DNA of 32,000 nucleotides from Prochlorococcus sp. MIT 0801 (GCF_000757865.1 NZ_CP007754.1:1140001-1172000); one strand, 5' to 3'. Shown: positions 15,708-22,879, counted from the first letter of the stretch. The notes: a model not told the origin generated them from the letters alone. Program-made: numbers and translations.

Positions 15708-15727
15708 ATGAAGTAGGGCTTTCCTAT

Positions 15728-15967
15728 CTATTCTTTCTTTTTCTTGCTGTAATCACGCTTGGTATCAACCTTGTTGCCTCGCAAATCAAGAGTACCTAAA
15801 TACATTTCCTCACCCAGTAAATCGTTTAGTTGCTCTTCCGTCATTGGTTCAAGAGCAGGTGCTTCAGCTATTTCCTCTTGGGGTATTAGCTCATCATCTT
15901 CCGCTTGAACTGAAAGAGGGCAGAAAAACAAAAGAAGACCAAGAACAAAAGAGAAAAGTTTTTTCAT
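15728..15967 (-). CDS. small secreted acidic protein (79 aa)
   Basis: Signal peptide MKKLFSFVLGLLLFFCPLSVQA. AAGGAA SD. Stop is 21 nt upstream of 15707. Confidence 0.65.
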   Translation of the reverse strand: MKKLFSFVLGLLLFFCPLSVQAEDDELIPQEEIAEAPALEPMTEEQLNDLLGEEMYLGTLDLRGNKVDTKRDYSKKKKE

Positions 15968-16050
15968 TTCCTTGAATCGGCTGATTTTCTATTAAAGGAC
16001 AAAACCTTTCTATTTTTTTATTGCTGCTGTTGTTGTTGTATTTGCTCGTA

Positions 16051-16075
16051 AAAAAAATGGGGGCCAATGCCCCCC
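16051..16075 (-). terminator. intrinsic terminator of the P3-H3 bicistron
   Basis: GGGGGC-ATTG-GCCCCC on the minus strand followed by a U-run (plus-strand A7 at 16051-16057). Confidence 0.75.
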
Positions 16076-16106
16076 AAATAAATCGACTGTCAACCAAGCT
16101 TTTAGT

Positions 16107-16178
16107 CTATAAGAATGAAAAGCCTAAGAACGTCATAGACAATGATGAGAAAATCAAAAGCAGTTCAGTAAATTTCAT
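16107..16178 (-). CDS. 23-aa hydrophobic micro-peptide H3, coupled to P3
   Basis: AGGAGG overlaps the P3 stop codon, with 6 nt to the ATG. MKFTELLLIFSSLSMTFLGFSFL. Confidence 0.7.
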   Translation of the reverse strand: MKFTELLLIFSSLSMTFLGFSFL

Positions 16179-16188
16179 TTAAAACCTC

Positions 16189-16356
16189 CTAAAGGACTAC
16201 TCTTCTAGGCCGTGGGAAGGATTCAGGCCTAGAGCAAAAACCATACGTTAGGCACTCCAACTCTTTATCGTCCCTGATCTTCCACAAATAAGGTGAATCG
16301 AACATTTCAACCATAATATTTTTAAGCATATGGTTGAAGGGGTTTCCGCAGGTCAT
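16189..16356 (-). CDS. small Cys-motif peptide, family member P3 (55 aa)
   Basis: AGGAGG lies 7 nt upstream of the internal ATG of the track ORF. MTCGNPFNHMLKNIMVEMFDSPYLWKIRDDKELECLTYGFCSRPESFPRPRRVVL. Confidence 0.7.
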   Translation of the reverse strand: MTCGNPFNHMLKNIMVEMFDSPYLWKIRDDKELECLTYGFCSRPESFPRPRRVVL

Positions 16357-16471
16357 AACTAAACCTCCTGAAGATCCATAATTCATTTCTACTCCCGAAG
16401 CTATTAAAAATCTATATGGAGACCACTTAAGTATTTACTATTGTCGTTTCTGATTGCTATCGAAGTTAAAA

Positions 16472-16483
16472 GGGGGGGGGGGG
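16472..16483. repeat. G12 homopolymer
   Basis: Twelve consecutive G in an AT-rich intergenic region between divergent P3 (16356) and 16572-16772. Confidence 0.95.
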
Positions 16484-16571
16484 AACTCAGTACAGCCCTT
16501 AAAAAAGAATGATCTATTAAAATCACAGTAAGAAAAAGCACCTTTTATTATCTTGCTTTTACTAGATCAGA

Positions 16572-16772
16572 ATGGGAGAAGCAAAAAGAAGAAGAGAACT
16601 TGGTTTACCTCCAAAAGCCAAAAAAGAAAAGAAAACAAGAACTAACGATAGTCAGTTCTCATGGTCACAATTTTCGATTAACAAATTAAAGAGTCAATAC
16701 CCGGCTGCACCCTTTGTAACCACTGCTTTATTTTTATTAGTTTTACAGTGGGGTTTCTCGCTCAATAGCTGA
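16572..16772 (+). CDS. MGEAKRR-type Lys-rich tail-anchored peptide (66 aa)
   Basis: Track ORF. MGEAKRRRELGLPPKAKKEKK...APFVTTALFLLVLQWGF. Confidence 0.6.
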   Translation: MGEAKRRRELGLPPKAKKEKKTRTNDSQFSWSQFSINKLKSQYPAAPFVTTALFLLVLQWGFSLNS

Positions 16773-16780
16773 TCAGATAA

Positions 16781-16927
16781 ATGGAGTTCTTTGATGAGTT
16801 CGAAATTATTGGTGGGATTATTCCAAACTTGGTTGGATTAGCATTTTTTTGTGGGGTGATTATTTATTTCGATCAAACCAGAAAAGCAAAAGTCAGGCGA
16901 GGTGAGAAAGTACCTCATCATCAATAA
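16781..16927 (+). CDS. IIPNL-family membrane peptide, divergent (48 aa)
   Basis: MEFFDEFEIIGGIIPNLVGLAFFCGVIIYFDQTRKAKVRRGEKVPHHQ. Starts 9 nt after the previous stop. Confidence 0.45.
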   Translation: MEFFDEFEIIGGIIPNLVGLAFFCGVIIYFDQTRKAKVRRGEKVPHHQ

Positions 16928-16938
16928 AAATAATTCTT

Positions 16939-17043
16939 TTAGCTAAAGCTCAAATTTTTGGTGGGATCGTTCCCAACCTGATTGCTTTTGGTTTGTTCCT
17001 TGGAGCGATTGGATACTTTGCTTCAACTGGGGAAATGGCTTAA
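16939..17043 (+). pseudogene. 5'-truncated IIPNL-family fragment
   Basis: LAKAQIFGGIVPNLIAFGLFLGAIGYFASTGEMA* matches the middle of 24281-24577. No start codon in frame. Confidence 0.5.
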
Positions 17044-17377
17044 ATGTTCTGCTGGGTCAGGAAATAAAAGCCACAATCACTAAGTAGCGATACTCAAAAG
17101 GGAGCACTGCGGTACCTTTGACGTCTTCCCATTAAAAAACCGAGTTCATAATTAAAGAATTATTAGAAGTTTTGCGAATATTGTGCAATCAAAAGCTTTA
17201 TTGTTACTTTTTTCTTTTTATAACCACACAGCTTTATTTACTTATTTAGATTTTATAATTAGCAAGTAATCAATATTCAATTGGATGTATAAAATAGGTA
17301 TTTATATAAAGTAGTGAAGTGCAAATAAGACGAACATTGGTGCTAAATAGTTGTAAGTTCTATGCATGAGGTGAGAT

Positions 17378-17530
17378 ATGTCTTCTAGTTCTTCTGTTAA
17401 TAGTCAAAGCATAGAAGAAAGAGATGCAATTGAGTTGTACTTCGCCTGTGTGACAGCTTGCTCACTTGATGATGAGGGGGTTGAATGTACAACAAGATGT
17501 GTTGAGGTTCATCTCAAGAATGAGAATTAG
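17378..17530 (+). CDS. 50-aa twin CX3C peptide
   Basis: GAGGTGAG SD. MSSSSSVNSQSIEERDAIELYFACVTACSLDDEGVECTTRCVEVHLKNEN. Confidence 0.45.
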   Translation: MSSSSSVNSQSIEERDAIELYFACVTACSLDDEGVECTTRCVEVHLKNEN

Positions 17531-17620
17531 TAATGGTTATAAAAAATATTTCTTGCATGCTTAGCTTGTTGTAGGTATTTACTTTTAAATTGATTATGCA
17601 AATCAATGAATTCTTATGAT

Positions 17621-17797
17621 CTAATCAATCGGCTTAGCCTTGCCAAGTTGCAGGACCTCATTTTTGCAATCGATAGAATTAAATGGATCTTGGTAAAAAG
17701 ATACTATTCCCTCTTTCTCGAAAGGAAATGAATTGAAATTACTAGTTATTGGCTTTGCTTTTTCTTGTGCATGTTTTAACGGTTTTCCGCAAGACAT
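17621..17797 (-). CDS. Cys-motif family member P4 (58 aa), C-terminal Cys pair lost
   Basis: MSCGKPLKHAQEKAKP...DCKNEVLQLGKAKPID. EVLQLGKA aligns to ECLQFGIC. Confidence 0.45.
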   Translation of the reverse strand: MSCGKPLKHAQEKAKPITSNFNSFPFEKEGIVSFYQDPFNSIDCKNEVLQLGKAKPID

Positions 17798-18089
17798 AAA
17801 TAATCCTACTTATGAATATTGTTTTTACTCCTATCTTAATAAAAAACATATAGGGATTAATACGTGATTAGGTTTGCTTATTTTATTTTTATTCTTCTTA
17901 AATTTGTTTGATGTTAAATATTTATTTTCTATATAGTTTTTCAAGTTGACTCCTTTCTTCTTGCAGATTAAAATTGTATTTCTTTAACTCGTTGCTCTTA
18001 ATTGTAATTGGAATAAGCAACCAAAGTTGTAGGCCTATAAAAAGCATCCCAAATAGTATTAGATTAATATTTTCCGGCTGAATTTTTTC

Positions 18090-18254
18090 TTAGATAGTAG
18101 TCATGTAAGCAAGAAAGCCAACTGGAACGAAGAGTAAGGCAGCAATGGTAAAGCGAACAAATTTGCCTGTACCTGAATCTCTTGAATAATCAGTGAAATG
18201 CTTTGTGTTGTTCCACTCGGACCAATTCTTTGGGCTGTTATCAGATGATGTCAT
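18090..18254 (-). CDS. 54-aa tail-anchored peptide (duplicate of 9596-9760)
   Basis: Same reading frame, with TAA stop instead of TAG. Confidence 0.55.
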   Translation of the reverse strand: MTSSDNSPKNWSEWNNTKHFTDYSRDSGTGKFVRFTIAALLFVPVGFLAYMTTI

Positions 18255-18260
18255 TGTTAG

Positions 18261-18371
18261 TTAAGCAAATACGGTAGTACCAACTTCATAAGCACCAGCT
18301 AATAAAAAAAGCGCAGGAAGATTCCAGAGAACAATTAGTTTTGCAGCTGTAGATTTGTTGAGTGCAAGCAT
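18261..18371 (-). CDS. 36-aa single-TM micro-peptide (duplicate of 9479-9589)
   Basis: MLALNKSTAAKLIVLWNLPALFLLAGAYEVGTTVFA. Confidence 0.55.
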   Translation of the reverse strand: MLALNKSTAAKLIVLWNLPALFLLAGAYEVGTTVFA

Positions 18372-18585
18372 GACTAAAAGTTTGGATCTAGTTGGTTTAT
18401 AAATATTTGACAAATATGAATAGAGGCTCTCAATTGCAGTAGGACTGTTGAAGTAGGGCTAACCAGTTCGGGCTATTTATACTTATAAGGGTTATCAATA
18501 GATCTAATCATTGGATCAAGATCTCTCTAATTAGTTTCTGTCATTAGGGTTTTAGACATATTTCTATGAAGTATTAGAAGAAGCC

Positions 18586-18599
18586 GTACCTGACCGTAT
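18586..18599 (+). promoter_or_regulatory. NtcA-like site GTA-N8-TAT upstream of hli array
   Basis: GTACCTGACCGTAT, 55-68 nt upstream of ATG 18654. Confidence 0.3.
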
Positions 18600-18653
18600 C
18601 TTTGATCAACAAAGTTAATACTTTATGTTTATGGCAACAACGCAATTCAAGTA

Positions 18654-18761
18654 ATGACTCCAGAAGCAGAAAAGTTTAACGGTTGGGCAGCAATGCTTGG
18701 CTTCGTAGCAGCCTTCGGTGCATATGCAACAACAGGTCAAATCATTCCTGGAATTTTTTAA
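18654..18761 (+). CDS. hli: high-light-inducible protein (35 aa)
   Basis: MTPEAEKFNGWAAMLGFVAAFGAYATTGQIIPGIF. Confidence 0.85.
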   Translation: MTPEAEKFNGWAAMLGFVAAFGAYATTGQIIPGIF

Positions 18762-18781
18762 ACCAATAACTACTAATAACA

Positions 18782-18901
18782 ATGCAACCATCTAACAAAA
18801 CAATCCTAGAAAGAAGCATCGGCAGACCAGCCATGATGGCATTCGTTCTACTAACAGGTGTTTACCTAACAACCGGTCAACTTATCCCAGGTGTTGTTTA
18901 A
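18782..18901 (+). CDS. hli: high-light-inducible protein (39 aa)
   Basis: MQPSNKTILERSIGRPAMMAFVLLTGVYLTTGQLIPGVV. Confidence 0.85.
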   Translation: MQPSNKTILERSIGRPAMMAFVLLTGVYLTTGQLIPGVV

Positions 18902-19050
18902 TGACTACTGAAAACAACAACAACAGCAGAAATATCGATCCTGAAAAGGTAACTGCTGAAAGACTTAACGGTTATGCAGCTTTGTTTGGATGCATTGCTT
19001 TGGTTGGTGCTTATGCAACAACAGGTCAAATTATTCCAGGTTTCGTTTAA
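18901..19050 (+). CDS. hli: high-light-inducible protein (49 aa)
   Basis: MTTENNNNSRNIDPEKVTAERLNGYAALFGCIALVGAYATTGQIIPGFV. TAATG overlaps. No counterpart in the left array. Confidence 0.9.
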   Translation: MTTENNNNSRNIDPEKVTAERLNGYAALFGCIALVGAYATTGQIIPGFV

Positions 19051-19196
19051 TGAAAAATCAAACCACTGAAACACCAAGAGTAGAAGAAGGCAAAGTGTTT
19101 GCTGAACGACTCAATGGTCTAGCTGCCTCTGTTGGATGCTTAGCCCTTATTGGCGCATACCTAACAACAGGTCAAATCATTCCAGGTTTTGTTTAA
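19050..19196 (+). CDS. hli: high-light-inducible protein (48 aa)
   Basis: MKNQTTETPRVEEGKVFAERLNGLAASVGCLALIGAYLTTGQIIPGFV. Confidence 0.9.
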   Translation: MKNQTTETPRVEEGKVFAERLNGLAASVGCLALIGAYLTTGQIIPGFV

Positions 19197-19321
19197 TGAA
19201 CAAAGAAACTAACTACTGGAAAACAGCCGAGCAAATGAATGGCCGCCTTGCGATGATGGGCTTCTTTGCTGCTGTGATTAACTACGGATTAACAGGCTGG
19301 ATCATTCCAGGAATCGTATAG
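19196..19321 (+). CDS. hli: high-light-inducible protein (41 aa)
   Basis: MNKETNYWKTAEQMNGRLAMMGFFAAVINYGLTGWIIPGIV. Confidence 0.9.
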   Translation: MNKETNYWKTAEQMNGRLAMMGFFAAVINYGLTGWIIPGIV

Positions 19322-19347
19322 TACTAGCTTTTAAATCAAATTAAAAA

Positions 19348-19379
19348 AGGTCTCTTCTCTGTCATTACGGAAGAGGCCT
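19348..19379 (+). terminator. intrinsic terminator of the right hli array
   Basis: 10-bp stem AGGTCTCTTC/GAAGAGGCCT (one G-U pair) followed by T6. Confidence 0.8.
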
Positions 19380-19603
19380 TTTTTAGTGCTTTATAGACTA
19401 TGAGTAACTAAAACTGGAGATATTCAGCTTTGAAAACACTTGTTCTAAAAATGTATTAATTGGCAAAACTACAGAATAGTCATATAAAAGGACTGACCTG
19501 AATCACCCCTAGTTGTTTAGATGAGTAATTGGCTGTCAAATAATATTACTTTCTTTCAAAGGGTTGAACTTATCTTGGATTTTAAATTTGCTCTTAGATT
19601 TTT

Positions 19604-20131
19604 CTAAAGTTTACTTAGAGCTTTTTTCTTAGATTTAATTGGATCGAGCTTAATCCTTTTAATCTGATCTTTTTCCCAAACCCAGTAAACAGGATTTTTC
19701 TTTTGAGCTTCTTGCAGATCTTTTCTGTCTCTTAAACTAACTGGTATAAATTCATTTTCAGGATTAAATTTTTCATCTCTTACGGCTTGGTTTAGAACAA
19801 TACTTCCTTCTTTATTAGAGATTGATCGATGATATGTTCCGGCAGTAATTTGAAGTGCGCCCATGGCACGATTTAAATAAATAATGTGATGAGGTTCATC
19901 CCATTCAGGATTGATCAAAGTAAAAACACGACTACCTTCAATGACTAAATTGTGATCAATTTGATGTCGATGTACGTAATACTGTTCAAAATCTCCATCA
20001 TCTGGTGGTGAAATTGCATTGCCGTGATGAATGACGACATCAGAGCCATTACATCCTTTTACTCCTGCATCGAAGAAAGATACTTGAGGTGTCTCACGGA
20101 AAACGTGAGTAGGAACAAAATTTAAACGCAT
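19604..20131 (-). CDS. cupin-fold (RmlC-like) hypothetical protein (175 aa)
   Basis: AAAGGAGG lies 7 nt before the internal ATG (MRLNFVPTHVF...). YYVHRHQIDHNLVIEG...LQITAGTYHRS resembles cupin/epimerase-like motifs. Family assignment is tentative. Confidence 0.65.
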   Translation of the reverse strand: MRLNFVPTHVFRETPQVSFFDAGVKGCNGSDVVIHHGNAISPPDDGDFEQYYVHRHQIDHNLVIEGSRVFTLINPEWDEPHHIIYLNRAMGALQITAGTYHRSISNKEGSIVLNQAVRDEKFNPENEFIPVSLRDRKDLQEAQKKNPVYWVWEKDQIKRIKLDPIKSKKKALSKL

Positions 20132-20355
20132 TTCAAATCCTCCTTTACTGTTGTGTTCAGAGAAGATTGAGGCTATTTGCACCTCTTATGATTATTCTTT
20201 CTAATCCTGCAAAGATCGCAGTTATCTTTTTTGGGGATAGTGAAGGGGGTGAATAGTCTCATAAGACCTCCTCTTGCTACACCTTTGGTCTAATCCTTCT
20301 GTTTACTTATTGGGAGTAGGAGAACACTACAAAAAGTTTAATAAAAAGTTAATTT

Positions 20356-20550
20356 CTAAGTGATCCTTCTATTAATTCTTTTTTTAAGAGCTTTAAATTG
20401 AACATCGAATCTTAATTGCTTTATGTGATCTAGTTTTTCTGCCTTATCTACTGGCATTCTCCTAGCCGCCTCAACCATTGCGAAAGCATATTTATGCGTA
20501 GCTTTTGGAAAAGAACCCATAGTCGAAGTACGGATATATAAACCACTCAA
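20356..20550 (-). CDS. small basic hypothetical protein
   Basis: Track ORF. Start uncertain (alternative MGSFPKATHKYAF...). Confidence 0.45.
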   Translation of the reverse strand: MSGLYIRTSTMGSFPKATHKYAFAMVEAARRMPVDKAEKLDHIKQLRFDVQFKALKKRINRRIT

Positions 20551-20721
20551 GCGAAAACGATAATCGTTTGTAAATGAATAAAATTACTCAAATAGTTCAT
20601 CCGGTTACAAAAGTGACGGTGTAATACGCTCACGTAATAAAAAGAAAAAAGGTTAGAATCAACTCATCAAGTTAAGACTTAGCTCTGCTAGCAACTGCTA
20701 GCTCAGGTTAAGAAATAGAGA

Positions 20722-20880
20722 GCCTCCCCTAAAAAGGAGGTTTTCTTTTGCCTAGTCGTTTAAGCCATAGACCACACCCTGAAAGTTAAATCTGTTCAAA
20801 AAGAGATGCATGATACATAAGAAAAATTTATTCCACGGTTAGCCCTACTCCAACCGAACGTCATTAGTAACTGGATACTT
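20722..20880 (-). repeat. GC-box repeat, full-length copy (inverted relative to 14777-14937)
   Basis: Hairpin CCTCC-N8-GGAGG followed by TTTTCTTTT on the plus strand, then the core and the GGTTAGCCCTACTCCAACCGAACGTCATTAGTAAC block. Confidence 0.8.
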
Positions 20881-20944
20881 TTTATATTTTTCACACAGTG
20901 ATTCAGAACTGAGTTTCACTGTAAATTTTTAATCTCTACTTGCC

Positions 20945-21055
20945 ATGACTTCAATCAATAATTCTTCAGCAGTTAAGTTCCTAGCTCTTTTTTGCATCCC
21001 TGCGCTACTACTTGCATCAGGCTCGTTTGATGTTGCTTCTTCCGTAATCGTTTAA
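20945..21055 (+). CDS. 36-aa single-TM micro-peptide
   Basis: MTSINNSSAVKFLALFCIPALLLASGSFDVASSVIV. Confidence 0.55.
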   Translation: MTSINNSSAVKFLALFCIPALLLASGSFDVASSVIV

Positions 21056-21063
21056 TTAGAACA

Positions 21064-21198
21064 ATGCCTTCAAAATTCTCACCTGATTTTTACGAATCTA
21101 TCCTTGAAGCTTCAGACAAAGGAGAGCTTTGGGGAATAGAAAATAGTGATTTAACCCCGCTAGAAATTCAGTTGCTTCTTTCTCATGACTTCAGCTGA
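21064..21198 (+). CDS. 44-aa acidic micro-ORF
   Basis: MPSKFSPDFYESILEASDKGELWGIENSDLTPLEIQLLLSHDFS. Confidence 0.35.
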   Translation: MPSKFSPDFYESILEASDKGELWGIENSDLTPLEIQLLLSHDFS

Positions 21199-21316
21199 TA
21201 AAACAGCATTTGATAAAGCAGCATTCGAAAAGAAGGCTTTTAAGTTTGTTCCATATCTCATTTTGGGAAAAGTTATTTTTGCCGCTTGGTTTATTTCCTA
21301 CTTGGTAAAACTCTAA
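21185..21316 (+). CDS. 43-aa tail-anchored peptide
   Basis: MTSADKTAFDKAAFEKKAFKFVPYLILGKVIFAAWFISYLVKL. 14-nt overlap with the previous ORF. Confidence 0.4.
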   Translation: MTSADKTAFDKAAFEKKAFKFVPYLILGKVIFAAWFISYLVKL

Positions 21317-21319
21317 TTT

Positions 21320-21354
21320 TTAAGCCATTGACCACCGCCTCACAGTTGTAGGAC
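21320..21354 (-). repeat. GC-box repeat, core copy
   Basis: Reverse complement reads GTCCTACAACTGTGAGGCGGTGGTCAATGGCTTAA. Confidence 0.5.
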
Positions 21355-21564
21355 TTATCCATAAATTCCAGCAATCTTGTTCCAGGTCCACTCATAACTT
21401 CTATATCTGTTAATTCTTGTTTTCTTAGTATCTAATGCCCAGATAAATAGCATTAGTGGAAACATAAGCACAGCACAAAGCCATGCCATTACGCATGTAA
21501 AAACAGCAAGAAGATGACACGATATTTTTTTCAGATTTTTAACGAGCTTCTGGGAAATCTTCAT
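21355..21564 (-). CDS. 69-aa membrane protein
   Basis: AAAGGAGG lies 4 nt before the internal ATG of the track ORF. MKISQKLVKNLKKISCHLLAVFTCVMAWLCAVLMFPLMLFIWAL... Confidence 0.55.
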   Translation of the reverse strand: MKISQKLVKNLKKISCHLLAVFTCVMAWLCAVLMFPLMLFIWALDTKKTRINRYRSYEWTWNKIAGIYG

Positions 21565-21709
21565 AACGCCTCCTTTGCAGGCTTGTTTCAACGGTATGAA
21601 AGATGCATCGCAAGCCATCATCGCCTATTGAACATGCGGTGTAAATTCGAGCTATCGCCTCTTTGCCTACGACAATAAAACGTGTAGGGAAGGGGTCTCT
21701 GACGGACAT
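21539..21709 (-). CDS. 56-aa hypothetical protein overlapping the next gene start
   Basis: GGAGGTG lies 6 nt before the ATG. MSVRDPFPTRFIVVGKEAIARIYTACSIGDDGLRCIFHTVETSLQRRRYEDFPEAR. Locally GC-rich. Confidence 0.4.
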   Translation of the reverse strand: MSVRDPFPTRFIVVGKEAIARIYTACSIGDDGLRCIFHTVETSLQRRRYEDFPEAR

Positions 21710-21790
21710 AACTTGCACCTCCGTGATGATGACTAGAAGTTACAACTAAAATTCTTTTAGTTGATTAATTGATAAAGAAAGGCTAATTAC

Positions 21791-22138
21791 CTACAAACTC
21801 GAAGTTCCCCATTCGCAAGAAAGATCACATTCGGTCAAATTTGTTTTTTCAAGACGATTCAATATTCTTGCCATATCAATAGAAGATAGACTTCCGTCTT
21901 CATTCCATTTAAGAGTTGTTTTACGTTGAGACGGGATCTTTTCGTTCTTTTTTCTAGAAGGAAGAAATTTATTAGTTTTGTTTTCGATAAAGTCTAAAAA
22001 CGATTTTGCACCGTGAAGATTACCTGTATAAGTGCATTGATTCAAAGAACAAGCTCTAAAAATTCTTCCAGACAAGCCCTCTAAACAAAGAATTGATCCA
22101 CCCTGAGGTGTTATGTGGAGTGGTTTTCTAAGGGGCAT
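21791..22138 (-). CDS. Cys-rich hypothetical protein (115 aa), paralog of 9909-10250
   Basis: Track ORF: MPLRKPLHITPQGGSILCLEGLSGRIFRACSLNQCTYTG... Confidence 0.75.
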   Translation of the reverse strand: MPLRKPLHITPQGGSILCLEGLSGRIFRACSLNQCTYTGNLHGAKSFLDFIENKTNKFLPSRKKNEKIPSQRKTTLKWNEDGSLSSIDMARILNRLEKTNLTECDLSCEWGTSSL

Positions 22139-22354
22139 CGCAAATGCTCCATTTCTAAAGGGATGTTATTTTTGTATCAACGGCTACAGAATATCAATGA
22201 GTCTTAATGCCTAAAAATCAAGGCTCTTTAACCTCGTCTCATCCTGAATCCCTTTTATATCAGTTTATTAGGGCTTAATAATGAATCAATCATTGATCTG
22301 CAGACTTTTCAATCGTTAAGGGGCCGTTCAGAGCAATCACACAAAGAAAGCAAT

Positions 22355-22380
22355 AAAAAAAAAGGGAGCTTATTGCCCCC
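22355..22380 (-). terminator. intrinsic terminator of 22411-22701
   Basis: Minus strand GGGGGC-AATAA-GCUCCC followed by U9. Confidence 0.7.
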
Positions 22381-22410
22381 TCATGATCGTCTCTCATCCG
22401 CTGACCATAT

Positions 22411-22701
22411 TTACGAAGCAGTGACTTTCTCTTTCTCCTTCTTCGCTGGAGCAAGAGCTTTGATCTCTTCTTGTAGTTCATGCTCTCGATCATCAAGAAC
22501 CTTGACTCGAGATTGATAACTTTCCTCGAGTCTCTTACGAGAAGCCTCGATATTTGCGAGTTCTTCTTCTCTTTGAGTTCTCTTGATTTCTTCTAGCTCA
22601 CTATCAGAGACAACATAAACTGTTCTCATTGGAGAGAAGAAAGAATCAGCGAATACAGCATCAAATAAAGAGGAATACATTACATTCATTTCAAAGGACA
22701 T
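22411..22701 (-). CDS. coiled-coil hypothetical protein (96 aa)
   Basis: Track ORF with a charged heptad-like C-terminal half. The overlapping ORF 22290-22496 is rejected. Confidence 0.6.
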   Translation of the reverse strand: MSFEMNVMYSSLFDAVFADSFFSPMRTVYVVSDSELEEIKRTQREEELANIEASRKRLEESYQSRVKVLDDREHELQEEIKALAPAKKEKEKVTAS

Positions 22702-22879
22702 ATCTACTTTGACTCGACTACTTGGAATTTAAAATGTTGCAAACCGAAGAATTTGATACGGCCTCTACGACCAAGATCGGTTGATACTACTAGCTGGTTG
22801 GGTATACCGATAAATTACAGATAAGTCTTATACAAAACTCTTTACTATTAATTAGTGCAAAATGGAGTTAGCAATTGAA

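Larger units (their letters stand above)
18090..19383. repeat. right arm of large inverted duplication
   Basis: See 8518-9760. This arm carries one extra hli gene (18901-19050) and a short first hli. Confidence 0.85.

Noticed and set aside
15894-16097. Track ORF 15894-16097(-)
   Set aside because: It overlaps the start of the signal-peptide gene 15728-15967 in another frame and runs through the terminator hairpin and A-run at 16051-16075. It is not credible as coding.
22290-22496. Track ORF 22290-22496(-)
   Set aside because: It overlaps the 3' end of 22411-22701 in another frame and spans that gene's terminator. The product is Arg/Lys low-complexity.
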